Part shown: one piece after another, positions 27,056 through 37,129 of the stretch
Numbering within the stretch: the first letter of the stretch is position 1
How the letters are laid out: each line of letters opens with the position of its first letter
IMG/VR virus record: IMGVR_UViG_3300034691_000044
Coordinates: 9,601 to 73,600 of that record
Length of the DNA: 64,000 nucleotides
Origin: a virus
Lineage: Duplodnaviria; Caudoviricetes
Reading direction: 5' to 3' (one strand)
Notes under the pieces: model-generated
Databases searched by the model: none
The model's input: only the letters and a program-made list of their open reading frames with translations
Told to the model about the DNA's origin: nothing
Program-made: the position numbers and the translations under genes

Positions 27056-27529
27056 ATGTCCTACATTAAAGGTTTGATCCCGGCCGACAAAGTGCCTGAA
27101 TTCCTGCAATTTATCTCCGCTGATGGTTACGACACCCGTCCCGGCGGTTCCACCTGGGAACTGGGTCAAGTGCTCCTTGATGGGCGCTGGACAGCAATTA
27201 CCACCAGCTCCAAAGGGGTAGTAGGTCTTCCTGCCGGCTTGGCCGGTTATGTCAAAGGTTTCATGCGAAATCGGCAAGAACCTGAAGGCATCACCGACAC
27301 CGAACGCCTGAACTTCATGCTGGATAAATGCCGCAAGGTGGTTGTCGAAATTGAAGGCTGGGGCAGTGAAGGTCGTCATTTTGCGGTCTACGTTGAAGAG
27401 GGCTTTATGTCCGATAAAACGTACCAGGCTGTGCGGCTTACCCAAGAAGAACTCGACGGCGCTAGCGAGCAAGGTCGGCAAATCAAACGTGAGGCAATCG
27501 ACCTCGCAATCAACGAAACCAAGGTATAA
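27056..27529 (+). CDS. Hypothetical protein
   Basis: 157 aa; DTERLNFM and REAIDLAI motifs common in phage accessory genes. Confidence 0.7.
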   Translation: MSYIKGLIPADKVPEFLQFISADGYDTRPGGSTWELGQVLLDGRWTAITTSSKGVVGLPAGLAGYVKGFMRNRQEPEGITDTERLNFMLDKCRKVVVEIEGWGSEGRHFAVYVEEGFMSDKTYQAVRLTQEELDGASEQGRQIKREAIDLAINETKV

Positions 27530-27533
27530 ACCA

Positions 27534-28334
27534 GTGAAAAAAGCAATCAATAAGCAAGAACGTCACGAGATCCTGCTTGCCGTCGTAGTTGCCTCGGCGG
27601 TCCCCGCTGCACAAAAGATCATCGACAGCCTTACCCAATTGCGCTTACAAGTGCATGGGGTGCTGTTGAACAACTGGGAAGACCAGTACCCTGGCATTTC
27701 CAAAGCTGATCAACTGTCACTGCTCCAAAGCCGCGGGGCTAACAGCCTCAGCTTCCGTCCAAGCATTTATGCGCTCGGTGAGCCGAATTTGGACGGTACA
27801 GAAAGTAAAAAGTGCATCGGGGAGTTCGGCAAAGTGGCCTGGCAAAACAGTGGCACCGATGCTGAAAAACAACGCTTGGCCACCCTGGCTTCACGCCTCA
27901 TGCAAAATTGCACAGGGGCTGCGGGTATCGTAAGCGAAAGCGTGACAAGCGGCTGGAATTCCAGTGTGCAGATCAACCACAGCTACGCCGACATCATTCA
28001 AGGGCACCAACCGGGCTACTTGTATGAAGCCGGCCTGGGAGTGCCTGATGATCTGGACGCAGTAGCAAACGAAGCCTTTGTGTTCCTTAACGAAAAAATT
28101 GCAGGTTTACTGCATGAACTCAAGGATTTGTTCTTTTCCTGCGAAACTGCCTACCAGGCATTGAGTTCGGCCATCGCTCCGGTGAAAACTGCGGCCCGAC
28201 TGGCAGAACTGATGCCAGAAGCTGTGAAGCACTTCCCTGCGTCGTTGATGTATGTCAAACCGACCAAACAACTCGCCGATCCAAAGGCGATCAACGAAAT
28301 CCGCGCCAAGCTCAAGAAGGGCTTGCCGATTTAA
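27534..28334 (+). CDS. Nmad5-like (nucleotide-modification-associated domain 5) protein
   Basis: C-terminal VKTAARLAELMPEAVKHFP resembles Nmad5 TxxxLxExWPEAxxxLP. Confidence 0.55.
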   Translation: MKKAINKQERHEILLAVVVASAVPAAQKIIDSLTQLRLQVHGVLLNNWEDQYPGISKADQLSLLQSRGANSLSFRPSIYALGEPNLDGTESKKCIGEFGKVAWQNSGTDAEKQRLATLASRLMQNCTGAAGIVSESVTSGWNSSVQINHSYADIIQGHQPGYLYEAGLGVPDDLDAVANEAFVFLNEKIAGLLHELKDLFFSCETAYQALSSAIAPVKTAARLAELMPEAVKHFPASLMYVKPTKQLADPKAINEIRAKLKKGLPI

Positions 28335-28348
28335 AACAAGAAGCGATT

Positions 28349-28525
28349 ATGCATCAGGAAATCCCACCTGTGCCAAATCCCGTCTTTCCAACAGCAGATA
28401 GCCTCCATGATGTAGTAATGGAGGCTATTTATGCTTTGGATGACGGGGAACTGTCCACGAACCGTCTACGTCAACTGTTTGGCAGCTATCACAACACGCT
28501 GCTGGCAAAACTCACTATTCAGTAG
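28349..28525 (+). CDS. Small conserved N4-like phage protein (58 aa)
   Basis: MHQEIPPVPNPVFPTADSL...YHNTLL; not in ORF track. Confidence 0.65.
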   Translation: MHQEIPPVPNPVFPTADSLHDVVMEAIYALDDGELSTNRLRQLFGSYHNTLLAKLTIQ

Positions 28526-28533
28526 GATCTATC

Positions 28534-29361
28534 ATGTCCATCAAAACCATCGCGCAAGTCCGTCGCATCCTCGATATCCACTACACCTCCCAGGGCATCA
28601 TTCGCCCACACTTCTTCCTGACCGGTCCATCCGGTTCGGGCAAGACGTACAACGTCGAAGGTCTTTGCGACGAGCTGATGATGCCGATGTACGAAATCAA
28701 CTGCGCCCAGCTGACCAAAGAAGGTCTGTCGGGCAACTCGTTGTCCAAAGCCTTGGCGCCAATCGCCAATAGCGCGATGGCACCGGCTGTCGTGTTCTTC
28801 GACGAATTCGACAAGCTGTTCATCCGTGGTAACTCCAACTCTGATCTGGCGGACGATTCGACCACCAGCATCCAGAATGAGTTGCTGAAGATCCTGGAAG
28901 GTCGCACCACCAGCGTGTACACCGGTAAGTACGGCCAGTACGAAGAAATCACCATCAACCATTGCCTGTTCATTTTCGGTGGCGCCTGGAACGGCGAAGC
29001 TGATATCGATCTGGATCGTCTGCGTGCTTTCGGCGTGAAGACCGAATTGCTGGGCCGTGTTGGCCTGGTCTACTCCATGGAGAAGGTGCAGCTCGACGCA
29101 CTGCTGAAGGCAGTTGAAACCAGTGAATTACTGGATAACTACCTGAAAATCTACACCGACGTGGTGCGTGAAGACGTGGTGACCATGGTGCAAGACGTGG
29201 TGCGTGAGAACTACGAACTGAACACCCTGGGCTATCGCCAGATCTCGGCATTGCTCCACCAGTACTTCATCAACGGCACGTTGAAATCGGAGAAGAAGCA
29301 GCCTGTGTTCAAAAAGGCGCTGTCTCTCCCGAAAGCGGACAACCTGTTCGCCGACGCTTAA
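28534..29361 (+). CDS. ClpX/HslU-like AAA+ ATPase
   Basis: GPSGSGKT, LTKEGLSG, FFDEFDKL, IQNELLKILEG, LFIFGGAW, ELLGR. Confidence 0.85.
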   Translation: MSIKTIAQVRRILDIHYTSQGIIRPHFFLTGPSGSGKTYNVEGLCDELMMPMYEINCAQLTKEGLSGNSLSKALAPIANSAMAPAVVFFDEFDKLFIRGNSNSDLADDSTTSIQNELLKILEGRTTSVYTGKYGQYEEITINHCLFIFGGAWNGEADIDLDRLRAFGVKTELLGRVGLVYSMEKVQLDALLKAVETSELLDNYLKIYTDVVREDVVTMVQDVVRENYELNTLGYRQISALLHQYFINGTLKSEKKQPVFKKALSLPKADNLFADA

Positions 29362-29397
29362 CCCTCAAACCAAATTTTAGAAAAGGTGCAATAAACC

Positions 29398-30465
29398 ATG
29401 GCAACTATGCTCGAAGACTTCCAAATCCCAATGGGCGAAGCAACCACCTACGTCCGTGACATCCTGGCCGCTGGCCTGGTCCCAATGCTGCGGGGTAGCC
29501 CGGGCATCTCCAAATCGGCGGTGATCGCGGAGATCGCTGACGAAATGAACCTGTTGCTGGTCGATAACCGCTTTGCCGGTTTCGACCCTACCGACATGAA
29601 CGGCTTTCCTGGCCTGGACATGGTGGCCGGTGTCGCTCGTTACTACCCGCTGGAAAACTTCCCGCTGGAAGGTGCAGAACTCCCAATCAACCCGAAAACT
29701 GGTCAACAGTATGCAGGTTGGCTGTTGTTCTGCGACGAGCTGACTTCGGCGCCGGAAATGGTCCAAGCGGCCAGTTATAAGTTCTTCCTCGACCGAATGG
29801 TAGGTCAGCGCAAACTTCACCCTCTGGCGCACATTGCTGCGGCCGGTAACCATGACGATGACCAAGCTGTGACAGTTGCAATGTCCACAGCGCTGATCTC
29901 CCGCCTGGTAAACCTGTCGGTCACCGAAGACATGGAACACTGGCTGAAGTGGGCACAGAAAGGCAACATCCGCTCGCTGATCACTTCGTACCTGGAATGG
30001 CGCCCGAACGCCTTCTACACGTTCGACAACAAGAACCCGGACCAGCCTTTCGCTTGCCCACGTTCGTGGGAATTCGTCCACAAGCTGCTGAACGTCTGGA
30101 ACGGCAACCCAGCAGGCAAACTGCCGGTCATTGCTGGCTGTGTGAACGCCATTGCACATGAGTTCGTCGCTTTCGCAATGATGCGTAAGGATCTGCCGAA
30201 AAAGGCCGATGTATTGGCCAATCCAAAAACTGCACCTGTGCCATCGGCTGGTAACCCAGGCCCGTTGTACGCACTGACCGGCGCCTTGGGTGACTGGTTT
30301 GAAGCAGGTAACGCGGCAGCAATGATGGAGTACATCGAGCGCATCCCGGCCGAGTTCCAAATCGTGACCATGCGCAACATCACCCGCCGTCAAGGCATGG
30401 CTGTGTTGGGCAACCCGGCCGTGTCGGCTTGGATGAAAGCCAATGCCGCAGACTTCACTAGCTAA
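29398..30465 (+). CDS. AAA+ ATPase (N4 gp24-like, MoxR-type)
   Basis: GSPGISKS, LLFCDEL, AAGN, STALISR, CPRSWEF. Confidence 0.88.
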   Translation: MATMLEDFQIPMGEATTYVRDILAAGLVPMLRGSPGISKSAVIAEIADEMNLLLVDNRFAGFDPTDMNGFPGLDMVAGVARYYPLENFPLEGAELPINPKTGQQYAGWLLFCDELTSAPEMVQAASYKFFLDRMVGQRKLHPLAHIAAAGNHDDDQAVTVAMSTALISRLVNLSVTEDMEHWLKWAQKGNIRSLITSYLEWRPNAFYTFDNKNPDQPFACPRSWEFVHKLLNVWNGNPAGKLPVIAGCVNAIAHEFVAFAMMRKDLPKKADVLANPKTAPVPSAGNPGPLYALTGALGDWFEAGNAAAMMEYIERIPAEFQIVTMRNITRRQGMAVLGNPAVSAWMKANAADFTS

Positions 30466-30478
30466 ACGGTATCAGGCT

Positions 30479-30952
30479 ATGGCTGCAAAGCACTTCACTG
30501 ACACACGGGGAATTGGCATGGCCACGACAGCAATAGCTTTTAAACCCGAAGACTGCGTTGCAGTACTGGAAGCCCTCAACGTCAAACAAATGCCCCGAAT
30601 TTGGAGTTTGGGCGACATGATGGTAATGCTTCGCTCCGGGCAGGCTGGCCCTATCAGGCGAACTCTGCAAGCACAGGGAATATCGTTCAACTATGCCAGT
30701 TATGGCAATAGTACGGCGATGTCCCCTGGACAAGCAGGACAAGTTCGCTATGGCCATGATGGCACTGAAATGCACCTAAATTTGGTGCCTGACCCACAAC
30801 TTGCAGCAATATACTCTCGACAGTTGCCTGGAGAGAATGCTTTAGACGATGTGAACCGCATGCGGATCTGTTTCGTCTGTTGCGGCCAGGATTCCTGGGA
30901 TGACCGTGAAGCAAACGGGCAGATGCATAAAATGCGCCTGCTACTTACCTAA
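30479..30952 (+). CDS. Hypothetical protein
   Basis: ORF inserted between gp24-like and gp25-like genes; start uncertain. Confidence 0.55.
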   Translation: MAAKHFTDTRGIGMATTAIAFKPEDCVAVLEALNVKQMPRIWSLGDMMVMLRSGQAGPIRRTLQAQGISFNYASYGNSTAMSPGQAGQVRYGHDGTEMHLNLVPDPQLAAIYSRQLPGENALDDVNRMRICFVCCGQDSWDDREANGQMHKMRLLLT

Positions 30953-30975
30953 TCAACTGCCTTGGAGGCAAACCA

Positions 30976-32142
30976 ATGACACAAATTGAAGAGTTCTGGA
31001 AAGCCATTACCAAGGCACGATTGGATCTCATGCAGATGCCAAAAGCGACGTTTCTGACGACGCTGGCCCTGATGATGAAGCAGAAGGTCGACGATGTGCG
31101 CTGTCAAACAGCGGCCACCGACGGTCTCTGTATCTTTTATAACACCGGCTTCTTCCTGGCTTTGCCTCGGAAGCAGCGGCCGACTGTGATTGCCCACGAG
31201 GCTATGCATGCGGCGCTAGACCACCTGTTCCTGGCCAAGGCACACAATGTGACGCCGGAGCAGCACCTGCGCTTCAACAAAGCAGCGGACTTCGTGATCA
31301 ACGACTTCCTAGTGCAAGCCGGCTTCGAACCGATCCCGGGCTGGTGCCACGACGTGAAGTATCGCGGTATGACAACCATGGCTGTTTATCGGCTATTGGA
31401 GGAAGACGAAGCCAACGGTGGTGGCGGAGGTGCTGGTGATCCTATGGATGACCTCATGGAGCCGGGTTCCTCCGAACCTGGCCTGTCCGAGTCCGAGGTG
31501 AAACAGCAAGTGCAGTCCAACGTGACGGCCGCTGCTGTGGCCACCAAGATGAAAGGCGGCGACATGGCGGGCAATATACCCGCTGACGTGCAAGTCTTCT
31601 TGGACGGCCTCCTGAAGCCCAAGCTGCCTATGGCTGCACACCTGCGTAAGTTCTTCAAGGCTGTAGACAAATCAGACTACAGCTGGAAAAAGCTCAATCG
31701 CCGGTTCCAGCCGCAACTGATGCCCGGGCTCCAGGGTAAAAAACTGGGGCACATCGCTTTCGCGTTCGACATGTCGAGCTCGGTAAGCGATAAGGACATC
31801 AAACGCTACGTCAGTGAGCTGTATGCTGTGGTGCGCAACCTCAAACCAGACCGTATAAGCCTGGTTCAGTTCACTTGTGAGCTGAAGTCGGTGCATCGTA
31901 TCAAGTCTGTCCGCGAGCTGGCTGAAGTGGAACTGCGCGGCCGCGGGGGCACCGATATCGAGCCTCTCATGCAGTGGGCCAAGGAAAACAAACCGACAGC
32001 ACTCTGCGTGTTCACGGATGGCGAATATTCGCATCCTTCCTTCAACCCCGGGTGCCCAATCATGTGGCTCATTCACGGTTATTCGAAAGAACACTTCCAC
32101 TGTGACTTCGGTACAACCATCCTGTTCGATGTGGGGGAATAA
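30976..32142 (+). CDS. Metallopeptidase-vWA protein (N4 gp25-like, DUF2201)
   Basis: TAATDG, AHEAMH (HExxH), FDMSSSV MIDAS-like, GRGGTD, FTDG. Confidence 0.88.
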   Translation: MTQIEEFWKAITKARLDLMQMPKATFLTTLALMMKQKVDDVRCQTAATDGLCIFYNTGFFLALPRKQRPTVIAHEAMHAALDHLFLAKAHNVTPEQHLRFNKAADFVINDFLVQAGFEPIPGWCHDVKYRGMTTMAVYRLLEEDEANGGGGGAGDPMDDLMEPGSSEPGLSESEVKQQVQSNVTAAAVATKMKGGDMAGNIPADVQVFLDGLLKPKLPMAAHLRKFFKAVDKSDYSWKKLNRRFQPQLMPGLQGKKLGHIAFAFDMSSSVSDKDIKRYVSELYAVVRNLKPDRISLVQFTCELKSVHRIKSVRELAEVELRGRGGTDIEPLMQWAKENKPTALCVFTDGEYSHPSFNPGCPIMWLIHGYSKEHFHCDFGTTILFDVGE

Positions 32143-32717
32143 TGCCAAGAACTGTATACGGGGTAGGGATTAATGACGCGAATTACGAAGTTACCAATCC
32201 ACGTTGTCTGCTGTACGCAATGTGGGCAAACATGCTCAAACGATGTTATTACGTACCATACCTTGCAGCCAACCCTACATACCATGGGTGCTCAGTTGTG
32301 GGGGAGTGGCATTCATTCAATAACTTCCGTGAATGGGCAAAACAACATGCATGGATGGGTAAGTGTTTAGACAAGGATATAAAGACGGAAAACTGCAAAG
32401 TCTACTCGCCTGATACGTGTCTGTTTGTTACACAAGAAGTAAATAAACTTTTGAATAAACAGGAGAAAAAACGAGGCAGTTACCCCATTGGTGTAAGTTT
32501 TCACCGACGTGATCAGGTGTTTCACGCTTATATCCGAAAAGATGGCAAGCGTGTTCACTTAGGTTCGTTCAATACACCAGAAGAAGCATCACGTAAGTAT
32601 CTTGCTCATAAAGGGGAGTATGTGATGAAACTGGCTTTGCGTTCCTTAAACCCTGATGAGAAAACCGGCTTGCTTCGTATTTCTCAGCAGATACTCAAAG
32701 GCACTTTTTATGAGTAA
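32142..32717 (+). CDS. Free-standing HNH-type homing endonuclease
   Basis: YGVGIND..WANMLKRCY..YHGCSV..LDKDI..YSPDTCLFV; AP2-like C-terminus; AT-rich. Confidence 0.82.
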   Translation: MPRTVYGVGINDANYEVTNPRCLLYAMWANMLKRCYYVPYLAANPTYHGCSVVGEWHSFNNFREWAKQHAWMGKCLDKDIKTENCKVYSPDTCLFVTQEVNKLLNKQEKKRGSYPIGVSFHRRDQVFHAYIRKDGKRVHLGSFNTPEEASRKYLAHKGEYVMKLALRSLNPDEKTGLLRISQQILKGTFYE

Positions 32718-33957
32718 ATTTAACCTCACCCCGAGCCAAGAACGGGGGTATGACACATTCCTTCCGTTCTATCTCGACCCAAATCAGACGGTAATGGTGC
32801 TCAAGGGGTATTCCGGCACCGGTAAGACCACCTTGGTCAAATACCTAATAGAACAGCTACCGATGATGGATGAAATGGCGAAGTTGGTGGCCCCTGGCTA
32901 CATTCCACCTGAAATTGTTCTGACGGCAACAACAAACCAGGCAGCTGAAGCATTCTCGCTGGCCGTCGGCTATAAGCCGATAGCTTCAACGATTTACTCG
33001 GCTTGCCAACTGCGTGTGGTCCGGGACTATAAGACACGAGAGTCACATCTCGTTCCATACGGGGACGGCTTGGAAAACAAGCTGGTATTCCTCGACGAAG
33101 CGTCTTTCCTCGACCAAGAGGCATTAGCCAAGATTTTGGCCCAGTGCCGCAAGTGCAAGATCGTCTTTATCGGCGACCCTGCGCAATTGACACCCGTTGG
33201 CTCAGAAAAGATGCCAGTGTTCGAAATGAACGCTTGCGAGATTGAACTGACCGACTTGGTGCGTTTTAACGGTGGCGTGCTGGAAGCCTTTATGGGTTCC
33301 CTGCGTGCTGCCGTTATGGAAGGCAATTGGTCCAGATTCCCGCTCACCCCTGGTGTTATCGACCGCCTTGATCGGCCGGCGTTTAATGCTGAGGCTGTTC
33401 GGTTATTTACCGAGGAAAAAGACAAACATGTCAAAATCCTGGCCTACACCAATGACCGAGTAACCGCGTTCAACAACTACCTGTCAAAGAAGATCCTCGG
33501 GTCTACTGTTCCCCAGGTAGGGCAAAAAATGCTTGTCAACGAGGCGGTGCAAAGCAATGCCTGCCGTTGCACAACAAATGAAGAGGTCACCATCGAGACA
33601 ATCGAGCCAACTGTGGAGTATTCCGTAGAAGGCTACACGATTCGCTTCCTTGGTAAGGGTGGCTACTTCTTCATGCCAAAGGCCCGCGGCGACAAGGACA
33701 AAGCGCACAAGCAAGCTGTGTACGATGACGACTTCCAAGCCATGAAGATAATCCTGGATACCTGGATCGAACTTCGTCCGGCATTCGCCCAAACAATCAA
33801 CAAGTCGCAAGGTTCTACCTACGACATCATCATGATCGACCTGGACGACGTGTGTTCGATGACTCGGACGCTGGAACAGCTCGCACGCCTGCTTTATGTG
33901 GGCTTGAGCCGTGCTCGTTTCAGAATCGTCATGACCGGAGATCTTCGGAGGAATTAA
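32710..33957 (+). CDS. SF1 DNA helicase (Dda/RecD-like, N4 gp37)
   Basis: GYSGTGKT, LDEAS, IGDPAQL, TINKSQGSTYD, LYVGLSRA. Confidence 0.92.
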   Translation: MSKFNLTPSQERGYDTFLPFYLDPNQTVMVLKGYSGTGKTTLVKYLIEQLPMMDEMAKLVAPGYIPPEIVLTATTNQAAEAFSLAVGYKPIASTIYSACQLRVVRDYKTRESHLVPYGDGLENKLVFLDEASFLDQEALAKILAQCRKCKIVFIGDPAQLTPVGSEKMPVFEMNACEIELTDLVRFNGGVLEAFMGSLRAAVMEGNWSRFPLTPGVIDRLDRPAFNAEAVRLFTEEKDKHVKILAYTNDRVTAFNNYLSKKILGSTVPQVGQKMLVNEAVQSNACRCTTNEEVTIETIEPTVEYSVEGYTIRFLGKGGYFFMPKARGDKDKAHKQAVYDDDFQAMKIILDTWIELRPAFAQTINKSQGSTYDIIMIDLDDVCSMTRTLEQLARLLYVGLSRARFRIVMTGDLRRN

Positions 33958-34481
33958 TGGATCGCCGCACCAAGGCACACTTCAAATTGAAGGTCCGCGA
34001 GGCACTGCTCGATTTTATCTACAGCCCTGTGCTGAAGAGGAATGAATTGCGCCTAAAGGAACTGATTGACGAAAATGACGCCTTGGTTGGCGTTCAGTAC
34101 TTCGGTTTCGTTTACCGCAACAAGTTTCACACGCAGTCGCGTTACGCAAGACCGCCACAAAACATACCCCGCTTGTTTAGCAGTCTTCATGCTCGAATGG
34201 ACGAGATTCTCGACGAAGAGCGCCTCATTGAGCGTGAAGAACGCCCTCTGATCGCGGGCTACTTGCAAAAGTGGCTCAACTCGTCAGACGACGCAGAAGT
34301 TCTCTTTCAGCGATTACCGACGGCACTACGTGCGCCGTTCCAAACGGTTCTGGACACTGAGGGCATGAAATTGGCCGATGTGGACATGGACGACGCTGCC
34401 CATGAAATGGGTATCGGAGAACGGTCATTGGACGCTTTGAAAATTCGTTTAATGACCAACATCATCAGAGGGGACAGCTAA
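33957..34481 (+). CDS. N4 gp38-like protein
   Basis: 174 aa between helicase and polymerase, coupled on both sides. Confidence 0.7.
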   Translation: MDRRTKAHFKLKVREALLDFIYSPVLKRNELRLKELIDENDALVGVQYFGFVYRNKFHTQSRYARPPQNIPRLFSSLHARMDEILDEERLIEREERPLIAGYLQKWLNSSDDAEVLFQRLPTALRAPFQTVLDTEGMKLADVDMDDAAHEMGIGERSLDALKIRLMTNIIRGDS

Positions 34482-37129
34482 TGCGTCACCACCTGTTTTT
34501 CGATAAAAATGAGTCAGGCAAATACCCAGTTGCCGTGCTCATGAAGCAGTACACATTCGATCAGAACTTGATCTACAAAAACTACATCGCCCCGCTGGAA
34601 ACCAGAGGGATAAAGAAGGAGGACTGCATTGCCTTTACCCTATCGTATGAAAATGCGAAGAAGGTATCCGCCCAGCAGGTGAAAGAGTATTCCGCACGCT
34701 TGCTGAACGTGCTGGAGCGCACAGGGACCAAGTTCATCTACTGTACCGATGGCACGTACTTCAAGTACCTCACCGGCCAGAAGAAGTCCGAGGTTCACCT
34801 GGGCTACGCACTGCCTTGTGCCGTGAAAGGCTACGAGCACATGCAAGTGGTCCTGGGCGTGAACTATCAGGTGCTGATCTATGCACCGGATAAGCAAGCA
34901 CACATGGATCAAGGTCTGGACGCGTTGTGTGGCAAAGTGCTGGGTAATTACGTCCCGCCTGGCGACAAGATCATCCATTCGGAGTTCTACCCCAAGACCC
35001 CGAACGAAATCCGCAACGCGCTAATGGAACTGCACAAGTTCCCGTACCTGGCCATGGACATTGAGGGCTACAGCCTTCGGTTGGACGAATGTGGTATTGC
35101 CACCTTTGCCTTGGCCTGGACCCATCATGACTTCATTGCATTCCCGGTCGATTTGAACGACCTGGGCGCAAAGGACGAAGATGGGAACTATCACTACCGC
35201 AAGGACAACGCCGAGGTTCGTGAAATACTCAAGGACTTCCTCAAGAAGTACATCGGCGCCAAGCGGTTCCACAGTGCCACGTTTGACGTGAAGCACCTGA
35301 TTTACAACCTCTGGATGCGTGATCCTCTGGATTACGTGAGCTGCCTGGAAGGTCTGGACATCATGTGCAGCAATCTGGATTGCACCAAGATCCTCAGCTA
35401 CCTTTCGGTCAATTCATGCTCGGGTAACACCCTCGGCTTGAAATACCAGTCCCAAGAGTTCACCGGCAACTATGCCGAGGACGACATCAAGGACATCCGT
35501 AAAATTCCGCTGCCAAACCTACTCCGCTACAACGGAGTGGACTGTATGGCCACGAACTTCACCTATGACAAGCATATGCCTGTCGTGGTGCAGGATCAGC
35601 AGCTGGAATTGTACAACGGCCTGATGAAGGATTCCATGAAGCTGATCATCAACGTCGAGTTGGTGGGCTTGCCGATGGACCCGAAGAAGGTCACCGAAAC
35701 CAAGGAAAAACTGGAGAAGATGCAGGAGGAATACCTGCTCGTTATCCAAAGTGATCCGATGGTAGCCAAGCTGAACTATCTGTTGCAGGTCTCTGCAATG
35801 GAAGCGGCCAACGCCAAGTTGAAGACGAAACAGCATCCGCTGGAGAAATTCAGCGATACCGTGTTCAATCCAGGCTCGCCACTGCAATTGGCCCGTTTGC
35901 TATATGAGCTGATGGACTTGCCTGTGCTTGCACGGACACCCACCAAGGCGCCAGCCACCGGTGGCAAGATCATCAAGCAGTTGCTCGATCACGCAGCAGC
36001 AGCCCCTTATAAGGCATTGCTGCAAGCATTGATCGACTATTCGGCGGTGACCAAGATTCTGCAGGCGTTTATGCCCGCGTTTGAAAACGGAATCTTAAAA
36101 GCCGACGGCATGCGCTATATTCACGGTGTCTTTAACATAGGCGGTACAGTATCAGGTCGTTTGTCGTCTTCTGACCCTAATCTCCAGAATTTGCCTGCGG
36201 GCAGTGCTTATGGCCAGTTAATTAAAGAATTGGTTATGGGACCACCTGGCTGGCTGTTCTGTGGAGCAGATTTTAACAGTTTGGAAGATTACATCTCAGC
36301 ACTAACAACAAGAGACCCAAACAAGTTAAAAGTTTACATTGATGGCTATGACGGCCATTGTTTGCGTGCTTACGCATATTTTGGTGATCAGATGCCGGAC
36401 ATCGACCCAACTTCGGTTGATTCTATCAACAGCATTGCTAAAAAGTACAAACATCTTCGCCAAGAGTCAAAAGCCCCTACATTTGCCTTAACTTACCAGG
36501 GTACGTTCGCAACCTTGATGAAAAACCTCGGTTGGTCAGAAGACAAGGCAAAACGGATCGAAGCTAACTTTCACTCCCTATACAAAGCATCAACTGAGTA
36601 TATTCATGACCGTTTGGTACAAGCGACCAAAGATGGCTACGTTACTGTAGCTTTTGGCCTTCGTTTGCGTACTCCGATGCTTGGGCGATCATATGTTGGT
36701 CTTGACTGCACACCCAAAGAAGTTGCGGCAGAGGGTCGCACCGCGGGTAATGCAATGGGTCAATCTTACGGCTTGTTGAATAACCGTGCGGCGGCGGCAT
36801 TCATGAAATTGGTTTGGGCAAGTCCGTTTCGCTACGACATCAAGCCAGTATGTTTAATTCATGACTCAATCTACTTGATTGTGCGTAATGATCCTGTCAT
36901 TGTGGCCTGGGTCAACAAGCACCTGACGGAAGAAATGGCATGGCAAGATTTACCCGAGTTGGAGCATCCAACTGTGAAGATCGGAGCCGAAATGGATGTG
37001 CATTACCAGAACTGGGCACAGCCAGTCACTTTGCCTGTCGATGCTGACGTTGAAACTATTAAACGCCTATGTCGTGAAGGTAAAGCAAAGTATGACGAGC
37101 AAAACCTGCAAAAGCTGTCAGCTGCATAA
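34481..37129 (+). CDS. DNA polymerase, family A (N4 gp39)
   Basis: Exo MDIEG, YNGVD; GTVSGRLSSSDPNLQNLP, ADFNSLE, RQESKAPTFALTYQG, IHDS. Confidence 0.96.
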   Translation: MRHHLFFDKNESGKYPVAVLMKQYTFDQNLIYKNYIAPLETRGIKKEDCIAFTLSYENAKKVSAQQVKEYSARLLNVLERTGTKFIYCTDGTYFKYLTGQKKSEVHLGYALPCAVKGYEHMQVVLGVNYQVLIYAPDKQAHMDQGLDALCGKVLGNYVPPGDKIIHSEFYPKTPNEIRNALMELHKFPYLAMDIEGYSLRLDECGIATFALAWTHHDFIAFPVDLNDLGAKDEDGNYHYRKDNAEVREILKDFLKKYIGAKRFHSATFDVKHLIYNLWMRDPLDYVSCLEGLDIMCSNLDCTKILSYLSVNSCSGNTLGLKYQSQEFTGNYAEDDIKDIRKIPLPNLLRYNGVDCMATNFTYDKHMPVVVQDQQLELYNGLMKDSMKLIINVELVGLPMDPKKVTETKEKLEKMQEEYLLVIQSDPMVAKLNYLLQVSAMEAANAKLKTKQHPLEKFSDTVFNPGSPLQLARLLYELMDLPVLARTPTKAPATGGKIIKQLLDHAAAAPYKALLQALIDYSAVTKILQAFMPAFENGILKADGMRYIHGVFNIGGTVSGRLSSSDPNLQNLPAGSAYGQLIKELVMGPPGWLFCGADFNSLEDYISALTTRDPNKLKVYIDGYDGHCLRAYAYFGDQMPDIDPTSVDSINSIAKKYKHLRQESKAPTFALTYQGTFATLMKNLGWSEDKAKRIEANFHSLYKASTEYIHDRLVQATKDGYVTVAFGLRLRTPMLGRSYVGLDCTPKEVAAEGRTAGNAMGQSYGLLNNRAAAAFMKLVWASPFRYDIKPVCLIHDSIYLIVRNDPVIVAWVNKHLTEEMAWQDLPELEHPTVKIGAEMDVHYQNWAQPVTLPVDADVETIKRLCREGKAKYDEQNLQKLSAA

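Noticed and set aside
34481-37129. Inteins or introns in polymerase, terminase or primase
   Set aside because: Lengths and motif spacing are as expected for uninterrupted N4-like proteins
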